A stretch of DNA of 60,621 nucleotides from Opitutia bacterium (GTDB lineage: Bacteria > Verrucomicrobiota > Verrucomicrobiia > Opitutales > UBA953): positions 1-60,621 of the forward strand of contig CANGRI010000001.1 in NCBI GenBank assembly GCA_947456525.1, read 5' to 3'. The position numbers and the translations under genes are program-made. Numbering within the stretch: the stretch's first letter is position 1; every line of letters starts with the position of its first letter. The notes below the pieces were generated by a model. It had not been told where the DNA came from. It made no database searches and saw only the letters and a list, made by a program, of their open reading frames with translations. Positions 18,558 through 27,023 of this stretch are shown here, piece by piece.

Positions 18558-19397
18558 TTAGGCGCCTTCGCCGAGCTGGGCGCGGCCGAAGTGATCGACG
18601 GACCGCAGCAAGCCGTCGACGAACTTGGCCACGGTGATGTTCAGGCCGAGCAGTTCGGAGTCCGTGAGGCTGAGCATTTCACCGGGCTTGAAGGTGCGTG
18701 TCGTGTCCGTCAGGCGGGCGACCATCTTAGGCTTATTGTCGTCGGGGAGCGCCGCGTGTCGGGTGACGCCGGGCGGCAGTTCGGGCTGGGCTTCGGAAGC
18801 CTTGTCGGCTTCGGCTGGCACTTCGAAATCCTTCATCGCCTTGAACTCGAGGGTCAGGGAGCCGTCAGGCGTGATGTCGTCGTTGGTCACGAGTCCGCCG
18901 CGGACGAGCACGCGCAGGGCGGCGGCGAGGCTGAAGATTCCGTCTTCCAGGTCGCACACGATACCGAAGTTCTCCTCGAGGGCCGTGAAGCGGTCCTGCA
19001 GCGTCATCTTCTGGAAGCCGTTCTGCTTGTCCGAGATGATCTTCTCGATCAGCGGGTCGCGGCGCTGGTTCTTGCCTTGCTCGCGGATGAAGAGGCAGAG
19101 CAGGTGGCACTGGACCATGCATTCCGAGGAAAGCGTCAGCAGGTCGTTGATGGTCGTGCGCATCATCAGGCCGCGGGCATAGGCCAGCATCTGTTCCGGG
19201 GGCAGGTGGGCCTGCGGGACGGGCATCACGCGCGAGACCGACGAGAAGTGTTCGTAGGCCTTCGGGTCGGCCGTGTGCAGTCCGGCGATGCTGAAGGCGA
19301 GCATGTCATGCTGGCGCTGGAGGGCCGTGAAGAACGTGCGGCTGATGTTCTGTAGCGAGAGGACGTTCTCGCCGTTGCCTGGCTGGGGCTGCGACAT
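18558..19397 (-). CDS. Hypothetical cytoplasmic protein (no recognisable family)
   Basis: 279 aa, ATG start, GC3-biased frame. Packed 6 nt after the SpoU-like gene and 3 nt before the AmpG-like gene. No TM segment, signal peptide or known motif seen. Confidence 0.65.
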   Translation of the reverse strand: MSQPQPGNGENVLSLQNISRTFFTALQRQHDMLAFSIAGLHTADPKAYEHFSSVSRVMPVPQAHLPPEQMLAYARGLMMRTTINDLLTLSSECMVQCHLLCLFIREQGKNQRRDPLIEKIISDKQNGFQKMTLQDRFTALEENFGIVCDLEDGIFSLAAALRVLVRGGLVTNDDITPDGSLTLEFKAMKDFEVPAEADKASEAQPELPPGVTRHAALPDDNKPKMVARLTDTTRTFKPGEMLSLTDSELLGLNITVAKFVDGLLRSVDHFGRAQLGEGA

Positions 19398-19403
19398 GGG
19401 GAG

Positions 19404-20231
19404 TTAGCTGGTCGGATTGGAACCCTTGTCCTTGGCGTGGCGAGCCCTTTTGCGGGACAGGAACCCGTCGGCGCGCGGCTGGGGCGTGGAGGCGAACCAA
19501 GCCATGGCCAGAGGGGCGATTTCCGAAAGGGTGAGGGAGGGCTGGCCGACGAGGCCCGGGAAACGGTAGCAGTGTTCGACGCGTGGCTGGATGTCGGGGT
19601 CGAGCTTTCCTCCCGGAATGAGCAGGGCCAGGTGGCGGGCGGGAACGCGCACCGGCACGCCGAGGTCGATCTTGCGGCCGATATCGGGCGAGAGGGCCAC
19701 GACGCAGCAACGGTCTTCGACCAGCTTGAGCAAGCCGCCGAGGGCGGCGGCGCGCATGAGGCGGAGCTGTTCCATCGCGCCGCGGGACTGATGCCAGGCC
19801 TCGGGGTGGAAGGAGAGTTTCTCGGTGCCGCCGGAAAGCAGCAGGCGCTTCAGGCCGAAGGCGGCCATCGAGCGGGCGATCGCGGCGAGGTCCGCCGGAT
19901 CCGTGACGCCGTCGGCGATCACGATGCTCTCGCGGGTCTCCCGCCATTCGGCGAAGTCGGAGATACGGGCCAGGCCGAAGTCGGGCCGCATCGTGAGCGC
20001 GCAGACGTCGTCGCAAGGGCCTTCCGCGGTCTGGGCGAGTTCCATCGGCCCCACGATGCGCGTCTTGACGCCGAGTTCGGCGAAGGCGGCGTCATGTTCG
20101 GCGAGGTTGGGGGCGAAGGCGGCGGTGGCGACGACCTCACGCAACGCCTTGGGGTGGTGCTTGAGGCAGGCGAGCAGCGCGGCGATGCCCCGGATGACCA
20201 GGCGGTTGGGATGGGGGTCGTTGGTGTTCAC
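19404..20231 (-). CDS. SpoU/TrmH-family RNA 2'-O-methyltransferase-like protein (divergent motifs)
   Basis: 275 aa with a GTG start overlapping the upstream stop (GTGA). IVIADGVTDPADLAAIARSMAAFGLKRLLLSG aligns with SpoU motif 1, LALLIPGGKLDPDI with motif 2, and RFPGLVGQPSLTLSEIAPLAMAWF with motif 3. Canonical residues are substituted. Confidence 0.55.
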   Translation of the reverse strand: MNTNDPHPNRLVIRGIAALLACLKHHPKALREVVATAAFAPNLAEHDAAFAELGVKTRIVGPMELAQTAEGPCDDVCALTMRPDFGLARISDFAEWRETRESIVIADGVTDPADLAAIARSMAAFGLKRLLLSGGTEKLSFHPEAWHQSRGAMEQLRLMRAAALGGLLKLVEDRCCVVALSPDIGRKIDLGVPVRVPARHLALLIPGGKLDPDIQPRVEHCYRFPGLVGQPSLTLSEIAPLAMAWFASTPQPRADGFLSRKRARHAKDKGSNPTS

Positions 20232-20701
20232 AGAATACGTCCTTCGTCGAAGTCGATCATGTCCGCGAAGGAGATCACGTCGGTGCGGTGCTCGGCGCCC
20301 ATCTTGCGTTTGGCGTCGTTCAGGGCTTCGCGGCCCATCTCGCTCATGCCCTTCTGGACCAGTTCGCGGTTCCAGACGGCGACGCGGAGGTCGGCGGGGA
20401 AGAGCGCCTTGAGGCGGGCGTCCAGTTCGGCTTCGGAATGCGTCTCGCGGACGCAGGCGATGACCTGTTCCGGCTCGACGCAGAGGTGCAGGCAGAGGAA
20501 CCGGTCAAAGCCTTTGCAGAAGTTGCGTTGGTAGGACTTGGGTAGTTCGCCTTTGAGGTGCTTGCGGATCTTGCCGAGGAAGCGGGGAAGATGCAGCAGG
20601 CCGGTCGCGGGATGCGGGATATAGGCCGAAGGGAGGTCGTAGCAGATCTCGCCGGTCGCTTCGGAGAAGCCGTTGGGTCGAGGGGTGGAAGGCGTGGTCA
20701 T
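20228..20701 (-). CDS. DUF5069-like protein
   Basis: 157 aa with an ATGA overlap onto the upstream lipoprotein gene. LLHLPRFLGKIRKHLKGELPKSYQRNFCKGFDRFLCLHLCVEPEQV resembles the DUF5069 core (from memory). Confidence 0.65.
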   Translation of the reverse strand: MTTPSTPRPNGFSEATGEICYDLPSAYIPHPATGLLHLPRFLGKIRKHLKGELPKSYQRNFCKGFDRFLCLHLCVEPEQVIACVRETHSEAELDARLKALFPADLRVAVWNRELVQKGMSEMGREALNDAKRKMGAEHRTDVISFADMIDFDEGRIL

Positions 20702-21324
20702 TTCGTCGGGGAAGCGTTGGCGAGAAGCTTCGCGATGTCTGCTGAAATCGTTGCGAGGTTGGCGGACTGGCTCAGGACGAACTCCGAAGGGGAGCGCTCC
20801 TTCAATGGGTGGGAATGGGTCAGGGTCTGGCCCGAGAGGAGCGTTCCGTCGGATTTCTCGAGGCGGAAGGTCACCTGCATGACCGCGGTGTCGTTGTTGG
20901 CCGTGGCGCCTGGGAGGGAGAAGAGCGAGCGTCCAGGGGTCGCAGGCGCGAAGACCTCCATCTTGTCCACGGTGAGCAGCAGGACGAGGTGATCTTCCGC
21001 AGGGGCCTGCGAGGCGGCAGGCAGGCCGGTCTGGGCGGTCAGATGGCGACCGACGGCTTCGGCGACGGCTCGGTCCAGCGGGGCTACCCAGCGATGGGCG
21101 TCTTCCACTCGGACCCAGCCGTTATCGTCAAGGATGACGATGTTAGGGCGACGGAGCGCGGAGGGCAGGATGGCGCGGGGGACGTAAAGGATCGGGGCGA
21201 CACGGGTGGTCGGCGCGGCCGGGGCGGCGAGCTGATAGAAGGTCACGGCTTCGCTCTTCTTGTCGAAGATGATGCAGCCGCTGAGCAGCACGCTCAAGCC
21301 GAGCAGGAGAACGCGCGGGCTCAT
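20698..21324 (-). CDS. PqiC/YmbA-like (DUF330) ABC-transport auxiliary lipoprotein
   Basis: 208 aa with canonical lipobox LLSGC. Size and position directly after an MCE gene (ATGA overlap) fit PqiC-type lipoproteins. Confidence 0.72.
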   Translation of the reverse strand: MSPRVLLLGLSVLLSGCIIFDKKSEAVTFYQLAAPAAPTTRVAPILYVPRAILPSALRRPNIVILDDNGWVRVEDAHRWVAPLDRAVAEAVGRHLTAQTGLPAASQAPAEDHLVLLLTVDKMEVFAPATPGRSLFSLPGATANNDTAVMQVTFRLEKSDGTLLSGQTLTHSHPLKERSPSEFVLSQSANLATISADIAKLLANASPTK

Positions 21325-22355
21325 TTGGAAGGGGTCTCCTCCTTGGGCTTGGCATCCTTCACCGGGGATTTGCTGCGCCCCTGGATGATCGTCTCGGGAT
21401 TGCGTTCGATGAAGTCGGCGAGCGACCGAATGGCTTGGGCGGCTTCGGAGACGTCGGCCAGAGCCTGGTCGAGATCGCGGCGGGCCGGCGAACCAGGCTT
21501 GGTGAGGGTGCGGAGATTCTCGGAGGTCTCGTTGAGACGCTCCAGCGCCTTACGGCCGGCCGAAGCCATCGCCTTGATGTCATCGGTGACCGGGTCGACC
21601 TTGCCGCTGAGTCGCTTCACCAAGGTGTCGATGCCGAGCATCGCGGCCGAGAAATCGGAGACCGCATGCGCGATCGCGGGGTCGCCGGTGATCTTGGAGA
21701 TGTTGGCGGAAGCCTGCACGAGGTTGCCGTTGATCTTCTCGAACTCGATCTGCGAGGCGCCTTTGTCTATCCGGGTCAGGATCGAATCCACCTTCTTGGT
21801 GATCGAGACGAAGTCGATGCGGCTCAGTTGGTCGAGCGTCTGGGAGACGGCCTTGGTGAGCGCGCCGAGGTTAGAAGGCTGGGTCGGGATCTCGGGGAGG
21901 TCGCCCTTGGGGTCGTGCAGGCGGTAGGCCGTGTCCGGAAAGTAATCCAACTCGACGTAAAGCACGCCGGTGACGACGGATTGCTGCTGCAGCTTGGCGC
22001 GCAGGCCTTTCTCAAGGGAAAGGCGAAGGCCTTGTTTCTGCAGGAGCGCCTGGTCGATGCCGCGGCGGGTGAGGAGGTCGGGCGAGAATTCCATCACGAC
22101 CGGCACCGAGTAGTCGGACGTCGCCTGGCCGGACGTACGCAGCAGCACCTGGCTGACGCGGCCGATGGTGACGCCGCGGAATTTGACGGGGGCACCGATG
22201 TCGAGTCCGCTGACGGAGTCCTCGAAGTACGCGATGGCGGCAGGCTTGGCGCCGGTGAACGAGCCGGCGCCCAGCAGGATGACGGCGGCGATGATCAGCA
22301 GGATGCCCCCGACCACGAAGGCCCCGATAAGTGTCATGTTGGCGGATCTACGCAT
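21321..22355 (-). CDS. mlaD: MlaD/MCE-domain substrate-binding protein
   Basis: 344 aa. N-terminal TM anchor (LIGAFVVGGILLIIAAVILLG), then the MCE block FEDSVSGLDIGAPVKFRGVTIGRVSQV. Confidence 0.85.
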   Translation of the reverse strand: MRRSANMTLIGAFVVGGILLIIAAVILLGAGSFTGAKPAAIAYFEDSVSGLDIGAPVKFRGVTIGRVSQVLLRTSGQATSDYSVPVVMEFSPDLLTRRGIDQALLQKQGLRLSLEKGLRAKLQQQSVVTGVLYVELDYFPDTAYRLHDPKGDLPEIPTQPSNLGALTKAVSQTLDQLSRIDFVSITKKVDSILTRIDKGASQIEFEKINGNLVQASANISKITGDPAIAHAVSDFSAAMLGIDTLVKRLSGKVDPVTDDIKAMASAGRKALERLNETSENLRTLTKPGSPARRDLDQALADVSEAAQAIRSLADFIERNPETIIQGRSKSPVKDAKPKEETPSK

Positions 22356-22357
22356 GG

Positions 22358-23113
22358 TCAGTCGAAGCGGGCTTGGGAGAAGAAGGCGTGCACCTTCGGC
22401 GGTTGGCCAGCCTGAAGGAAGCTCTTGGGCGGGCCGTAGGCGCCCATCGTGCCGGTGTCAGGGTCGAGGTAAACGCAGAAGTCGGCCGTCCGCAGGATGC
22501 TAGGCACCTCGTGGCTGACGAGGACGATCGTCGTGCCGAAGGCCTCGCGGAGACGGAGGATCAGCTCGTCGAGACGTCCGGAGCTCATCGGGTCGAGGCC
22601 GGCGCTCGGTTCGTCGAGGAAGATGACGGAAGGGTCGAGCGCCATCGCGCGGGCGATGCCGGCCCGCTTGGCCATGCCGCCGCTGATCTCGGAGGGCAGC
22701 TTGTCCATCGCGTCCGCCAGGCCGACGAGCGCCAGCTTGTACTCGGCCAGCTGGCGGATCTCGCGGTGCGGCGCCTTCAGGAACTCGCGCATCGGCATCT
22801 CGATGTTCTCGCGGAGCGTCAGCGAAGAGAAGAGGGCGGAGCCCTGGAAGAGGAAGCCGGTCCGGCGAAGGATGTCCTGCCGCTGCTGTCCGCGCGATGC
22901 GTTGAGATCGACGCCCATGAGCGTGGTCTTGCCTCCGAGCGGTTCATCGAGGCCGCCGAGCGCCCGCATGAGGGTGCTCTTGCCGCAGCCGCTGGGTCCC
23001 ACGATGGCCAGGATCTTGCCTGGCGCGAGCGACAGGTTGAGCCGATCCATGATCACCCGGTCTCCGTGGCCGATGGCCAGGTCGGCGCAAGTGAGGATGT
23101 CGCCGGCGCTCAC
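22358..23113 (-). CDS. mlaF: MlaF-type ABC transporter ATP-binding protein
   Basis: Track ORF 22358..23851 is artificially extended through mlaE in another frame. The real start is GTG 23113, overlapping the mlaE stop (GTGA). Walker A GPSGCGKST, signature SGGMAKRAGIARA, Walker B VIFLDEPSAGLD. Confidence 0.9.
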   Translation of the reverse strand: MSAGDILTCADLAIGHGDRVIMDRLNLSLAPGKILAIVGPSGCGKSTLMRALGGLDEPLGGKTTLMGVDLNASRGQQRQDILRRTGFLFQGSALFSSLTLRENIEMPMREFLKAPHREIRQLAEYKLALVGLADAMDKLPSEISGGMAKRAGIARAMALDPSVIFLDEPSAGLDPMSSGRLDELILRLREAFGTTIVLVSHEVPSILRTADFCVYLDPDTGTMGAYGPPKSFLQAGQPPKVHAFFSQARFD

Positions 23114-24240
23114 AGGTCGAAGAGGTTGAAGATCACCGCGAACAAGGCGTCGGAGATCACGATGAAGGTGATGCCCAGCACCGCGGCGGAGGTCGCGGCT
23201 TCGCCGACGCCGAGCGCCGAACGTTTGGCGACCGAGCCGCGGTAGCAGCCCGCCCATGCGGCGATGAAGCCGAAGGCGATGGACTTGATGAAGCCGACCA
23301 AGAAGCTCTTGAACGAGATAGCCCGTACGGCCTGGGTGAGGTATTGTTCGATGCTGAGGTCGCCGGCGCACGCGACGACCATGCCGCCGAACACGCCGAT
23401 GAACGTCGCGAAGACCGCGAGCAGCGGAATCATGAGCGTGACGGCGAGGATGCGCGGCACGGCGAGGTATTCGATCGGGTTGATGCCCAGGGCGCGCAGC
23501 GCGTCGGTCTCCTGGCTGACGTTCATGCTGCCGAGCTGGGAGGCGTAGGCGGTGGAGGTGCGCCCGCAGGCGATGATGCCGGTCATCAGGGCGCCCATCT
23601 CGCGGGTCATCGCCAGCGAGACGAGGTTGGCGACGTAGACCGTGGCGCCGACGAGCCGAAGCTGGATCAGCCCCACATAGGCCATGATCAGGCCGGTGAG
23701 GAAGCCGAGCAGGGCGACGATCGGGAGGGCGTCGACCCCGGAGGTCTGGAGTTCGAGCCTGAAGTCTGACCAGTTGACCTTGGCGCGCCCGACCAGCATG
23801 CGAAGGAACCCGATGGCGGTATGTCCGATGTGTTCGAAGGCGCGGCCCCACGATGCGCTGCTTTCGAGGCCCCAGGTCCCGAACTGCTCCAGGAAGCCGG
23901 GGTGAGGCGGCCGCTCATCGGCGCTTGAGGCCTTCTCGGCCATCTGGACGAGCGATTGTAGCCGGACGGGTAGGGCGGAGAGGTCGAGGTGGCGGACGTT
24001 CTTGAAGTTGGCGTAGAGCCAGGCAGGTAGCGAAGAGTCGAAGTCCGCGAGACCTTCGGCGACCACCCTGACCCGATCCCCTTTGACGACGATGGCGGGC
24101 AGGCTCGAATCCTGGTTCCAAGACCCACCGATTGTGACCACGGCGGTGCCATCGGCCAGGACTTCGGTCCGGGCAGAAGACAAGCCTGTGGCAACGTCGG
24201 ACATCCTGACAGTCAAATACTTGGGCGTGCCTTTGTTCAC
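23110..24240 (-). CDS. mlaE: MlaE-type ABC permease with N-terminal STAS(MlaB)-like extension
   Basis: 376 aa. The C-terminal ~260 aa is the MlaE core (GVDALPIVALLGFLTGLIMAY...MREMGALMTGII...ETDALRALGINPIEYLAVPRILA). The N-terminal ~110 aa (VVTIGGSWNQDSS...VRHLDLSALP) looks STAS-like. Start is GTG 24240 or ATG 24204. Confidence 0.85.
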   Translation of the reverse strand: MNKGTPKYLTVRMSDVATGLSSARTEVLADGTAVVTIGGSWNQDSSLPAIVVKGDRVRVVAEGLADFDSSLPAWLYANFKNVRHLDLSALPVRLQSLVQMAEKASSADERPPHPGFLEQFGTWGLESSASWGRAFEHIGHTAIGFLRMLVGRAKVNWSDFRLELQTSGVDALPIVALLGFLTGLIMAYVGLIQLRLVGATVYVANLVSLAMTREMGALMTGIIACGRTSTAYASQLGSMNVSQETDALRALGINPIEYLAVPRILAVTLMIPLLAVFATFIGVFGGMVVACAGDLSIEQYLTQAVRAISFKSFLVGFIKSIAFGFIAAWAGCYRGSVAKRSALGVGEAATSAAVLGITFIVISDALFAVIFNLFDL

Positions 24241-24295
24241 AAGTCAGAAAGGCGTTGTCCCCCTTGCGTCGAAGGTCTTTGATGACGTTTCACGA

Positions 24296-25255
24296 ATGCC
24301 ATCTTCCCGTCTCATCGTCCTCCTGCTGGCCGCCTCCGCGCTCAAGGCCGCCGATGTGCCGGCAGACCTAGCGCCAAAGGCTCCTTGGATCGTCTCGCTG
24401 ACCGAGGAGAACGACAAGTTCGCCCCGAGGAACAAGGACCGTTATTACACCCAGGGTCTCAAACTTGCCGTCAATACCGCCGACCACGGTTTCTTCTCGC
24501 TGACCCAGGAGATCAACACGCCGTCGAATACTTCCACCCCGAACCCTTCGCTCGACGATCTGCCTTATTCCGGCGCCCTCTACATGGGGTGGGGCTATGG
24601 TCGCATTCTCGATCGCGGCGGCCGTAAGGACTGTCTTTTTTCCATCGAGGCCAAGCTGGGCGTCATCGGGCCCTCCGCCGGCGGCCAGGTCATCCAGAAC
24701 AAGTTCCATGCGTTCATCGGACAGCCCGAATCGGCAGGTTGGGGCACGCAGCTGCCCGATGAACTGCTCATCAACGTGGACAGCGAGTTTCGCCGCCGTT
24801 TCGACCTCGATGCTTCCGGTCATGGTTATCGTGACCTGATCGCCCGCGCCGCCGTCGAGCTGGGCACGATGCGGACCGAAGTGCTTTTCGGAGCCCAGCT
24901 TCGCTGGGGCGTCAATTTGGACCGTTCATGGGGGCAGGGCTTCATCCGCCATTCCAGTTCCTATGAGCCGATCGAGGCCCTCAGGCCCAAGGACGATCGC
25001 CCTAACTTCTCCTATTGGGCCTTTGCCGACACCCAGGTCGAGGTGGTGGTCCGTAACTATTCCACGGACGGGACGAATTTCCGCGAATCCCGGGGCGTGA
25101 CCCGTTCTCCGATCGTCCTGCAGTGTGCCCTCGGTACGACGTTCCAGGTCTACTCGTGGTCGGCCACCTATTTCGTCGCGGTGCGCACGAAGGAGTTTGA
25201 AACCCAGGATGGCCTCCATTTCTTCGGCGGACTCAAAGGCCAGCTCCTCTTCTGA
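24296..25255 (+). CDS. LpxR-like (DUF2219) outer-membrane lipid A deacylase family protein
   Basis: Track ORF 24083..25255 trimmed to ATG 24296 (MPSSRLIVLLLAASALKA signal). LTEENDKFAPRNKDRYYTQGLKL matches the N-terminal END...DR.YT.G block of DUF2219/LpxR (from memory). Confidence 0.7.
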   Translation: MPSSRLIVLLLAASALKAADVPADLAPKAPWIVSLTEENDKFAPRNKDRYYTQGLKLAVNTADHGFFSLTQEINTPSNTSTPNPSLDDLPYSGALYMGWGYGRILDRGGRKDCLFSIEAKLGVIGPSAGGQVIQNKFHAFIGQPESAGWGTQLPDELLINVDSEFRRRFDLDASGHGYRDLIARAAVELGTMRTEVLFGAQLRWGVNLDRSWGQGFIRHSSSYEPIEALRPKDDRPNFSYWAFADTQVEVVVRNYSTDGTNFRESRGVTRSPIVLQCALGTTFQVYSWSATYFVAVRTKEFETQDGLHFFGGLKGQLLF

Positions 25256-25257
25256 AC

Positions 25258-26181
25258 ATGTCCGCCATCGCCGTCGTCGACGTAGGGTCGAATTCCATCA
25301 AGGTCGCCGTCGTCGACGGTCGTGATCGCAGCGAACTCGGTCGCCTGACGGAGTCCGTACGCTTGCAGCAGGATGCCAGCCCTGGCGACCCCTTGCCGAT
25401 CGAAGCCATCGAGTCGGGAGCCGCCGCCATCGGCCGACTGCTTGAGTTCGCCCGTTCCAAAGGCGCGACCCGCTTCACCGTGCTCGGAACGAGCGCGGTC
25501 CGGGAGTGCGCCAACCGCCATGCCTTCGCCGAAAAGGTCCGTGCCGTCACCGGTGTTCCGCTCACGATCGTCTCGGGCGAGGTCGAAGCGCGTCTGGCCG
25601 GAGCCGGGGTAAGGACCGATCCGGCCTACAAGGCCTACGAGAACATCCTGGCCTTCGACCTCGGCGGCGGGAGCCTTGAGGTGACCGCGATACGCGGGCA
25701 GTATTACGTCTTGGCGCGCAGCTTTCCTTTGGGGTCCGTCCGTATGACCAACGGTTATCTGCGCGGCGGCGCCGGTACCGTCGATGAGCTCGACCAGATT
25801 TCGATCCGCACGCACCTGATGGGCGTCCTGCAGACCATCGTTCCGGCCAACGCGGCCGAGAACTATCTCATCATCGGTGCTGGCGGAGCCTTCGCGGCGG
25901 TCGCCCTCCATCTCGAAGCCATCGGCGAAGCCCCGGTCGGCGGCCGTCTGCCCGTCCTGCGGATCCGCGCACTTCGCGACCAGATGTGCGCGATGGACAT
26001 CGAAGCCCGCCGGAAGGTCCCGGGGATTCCGGCCGACCGGGCCGACATCATGCCGGCCGCGCTAATCACGCTCTGCGTGCTGGCCGAACTGACCGGCGCG
26101 GAGGCTTTCCACCTTTCCCATCGTGGCGTCCGTCATGGCATGGTCGAACTCATGCTCGGACCTTCGGGCGAACACCTCTGA
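25258..26181 (+). CDS. Ppx/GppA-family phosphatase, short form (two ASKHA domains, no HD domain)
   Basis: 307 aa. IAVVDVGSNSIKVAV and AFDLGGGSLEV are the ASKHA phosphate motifs of exopolyphosphatase/pppGpp phosphatase. Confidence 0.85.
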   Translation: MSAIAVVDVGSNSIKVAVVDGRDRSELGRLTESVRLQQDASPGDPLPIEAIESGAAAIGRLLEFARSKGATRFTVLGTSAVRECANRHAFAEKVRAVTGVPLTIVSGEVEARLAGAGVRTDPAYKAYENILAFDLGGGSLEVTAIRGQYYVLARSFPLGSVRMTNGYLRGGAGTVDELDQISIRTHLMGVLQTIVPANAAENYLIIGAGGAFAAVALHLEAIGEAPVGGRLPVLRIRALRDQMCAMDIEARRKVPGIPADRADIMPAALITLCVLAELTGAEAFHLSHRGVRHGMVELMLGPSGEHL

Positions 26182-26183
26182 GC

Positions 26184-27023
26184 ATGCGTAACGTCCTGGC
26201 GCTTATCTTCGCGGTCTCCGCACTATGTGCTGCGAACGAGACCGGCAAGGTCGTCGAGGTTTCCGCCGATGGCTGGGCGACGATCGTTGCGGCCGATGGT
26301 CAAGGTAAGCTCCTTCGTCGTTTTGCCGAAGGAGACCGCAAGGTCGGCTGGGCCGGGCTGATCGTCCGATATGACGCAGTGACGGAAGGGACGGAGACCC
26401 AGGCGCGTGGCGTGGTTTCGGCCGAACCCGAGGAACTCCGTCAGGTCGCCGAAGTCACTGAATCGCTGCGTCGCGAGACCGCCGACAAGGGGCGGATGGT
26501 CACGCGTATGCCCAATGAGCTCATGCCCAACATGGCGCTCTGGGACCAGGACGGCAGGTTGGTCATGAAGAAGGATTTCCTCGGTCACCCGTTGGCCCTG
26601 AACTTCATCTTCACCAGCTGTCGCTCCGCCCGTATGTGCCCGGCTTCCTCGGCTTGCATGAAGCAGCTCGGCGACGCGCTGGCGAAGATGCCCGATGCCT
26701 CCGGCGTCAGGCTGCTGACGATCACTTTCGACCCTGCGACCGATACCCCGGGCGTGCTTCGAGCCTATGCCGACGGCTATGGTATCGACCCCGCCCGTCA
26801 TCGCTTCCTGACCGGCGACGCCGGCCAGATCAAGGACCTGATGCGCCATTATGGCATCCAGACCTTGCGTGACGACGGCACCATCGTCCACAACGCCGCG
26901 TTGATCGTAATCAGTCCCGAAGGGCGTATCGCTTATCGCAGCGAAGGGCCTTCCTTCGATGCCGAGGATGTCGCCAGCCGCTTGCGTAGGCTCTGCGGAA
27001 CGGCTGGCGCACAGTCGAAATGA
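26184..27023 (+). CDS. SCO1/SenC-family thioredoxin-fold copper chaperone (CX5C variant) with N-terminal extension
   Basis: Track ORF 25986..27023 trimmed to ATG 26184 (MRNVLALIFAVSALCA signal). LALNFIFTSCRSARMCP, LLTITFDPATDTP and the downstream conserved His (TIVHNAALIVISPEGRI). Confidence 0.8.
   Translation: MRNVLALIFAVSALCAANETGKVVEVSADGWATIVAADGQGKLLRRFAEGDRKVGWAGLIVRYDAVTEGTETQARGVVSAEPEELRQVAEVTESLRRETADKGRMVTRMPNELMPNMALWDQDGRLVMKKDFLGHPLALNFIFTSCRSARMCPASSACMKQLGDALAKMPDASGVRLLTITFDPATDTPGVLRAYADGYGIDPARHRFLTGDAGQIKDLMRHYGIQTLRDDGTIVHNAALIVISPEGRIAYRSEGPSFDAEDVASRLRRLCGTAGAQSK

Noticed and set aside
22358-23851. 497-aa track ORF suggesting a large fusion protein over mlaF and mlaE.
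   Set aside because: Only the C-terminal 251 codons (from GTG 23113) are ABC-ATPase sequence. The upstream part is an R/P/H-rich off-frame read through mlaE, whose own frame (23110..24240) carries the permease motifs.
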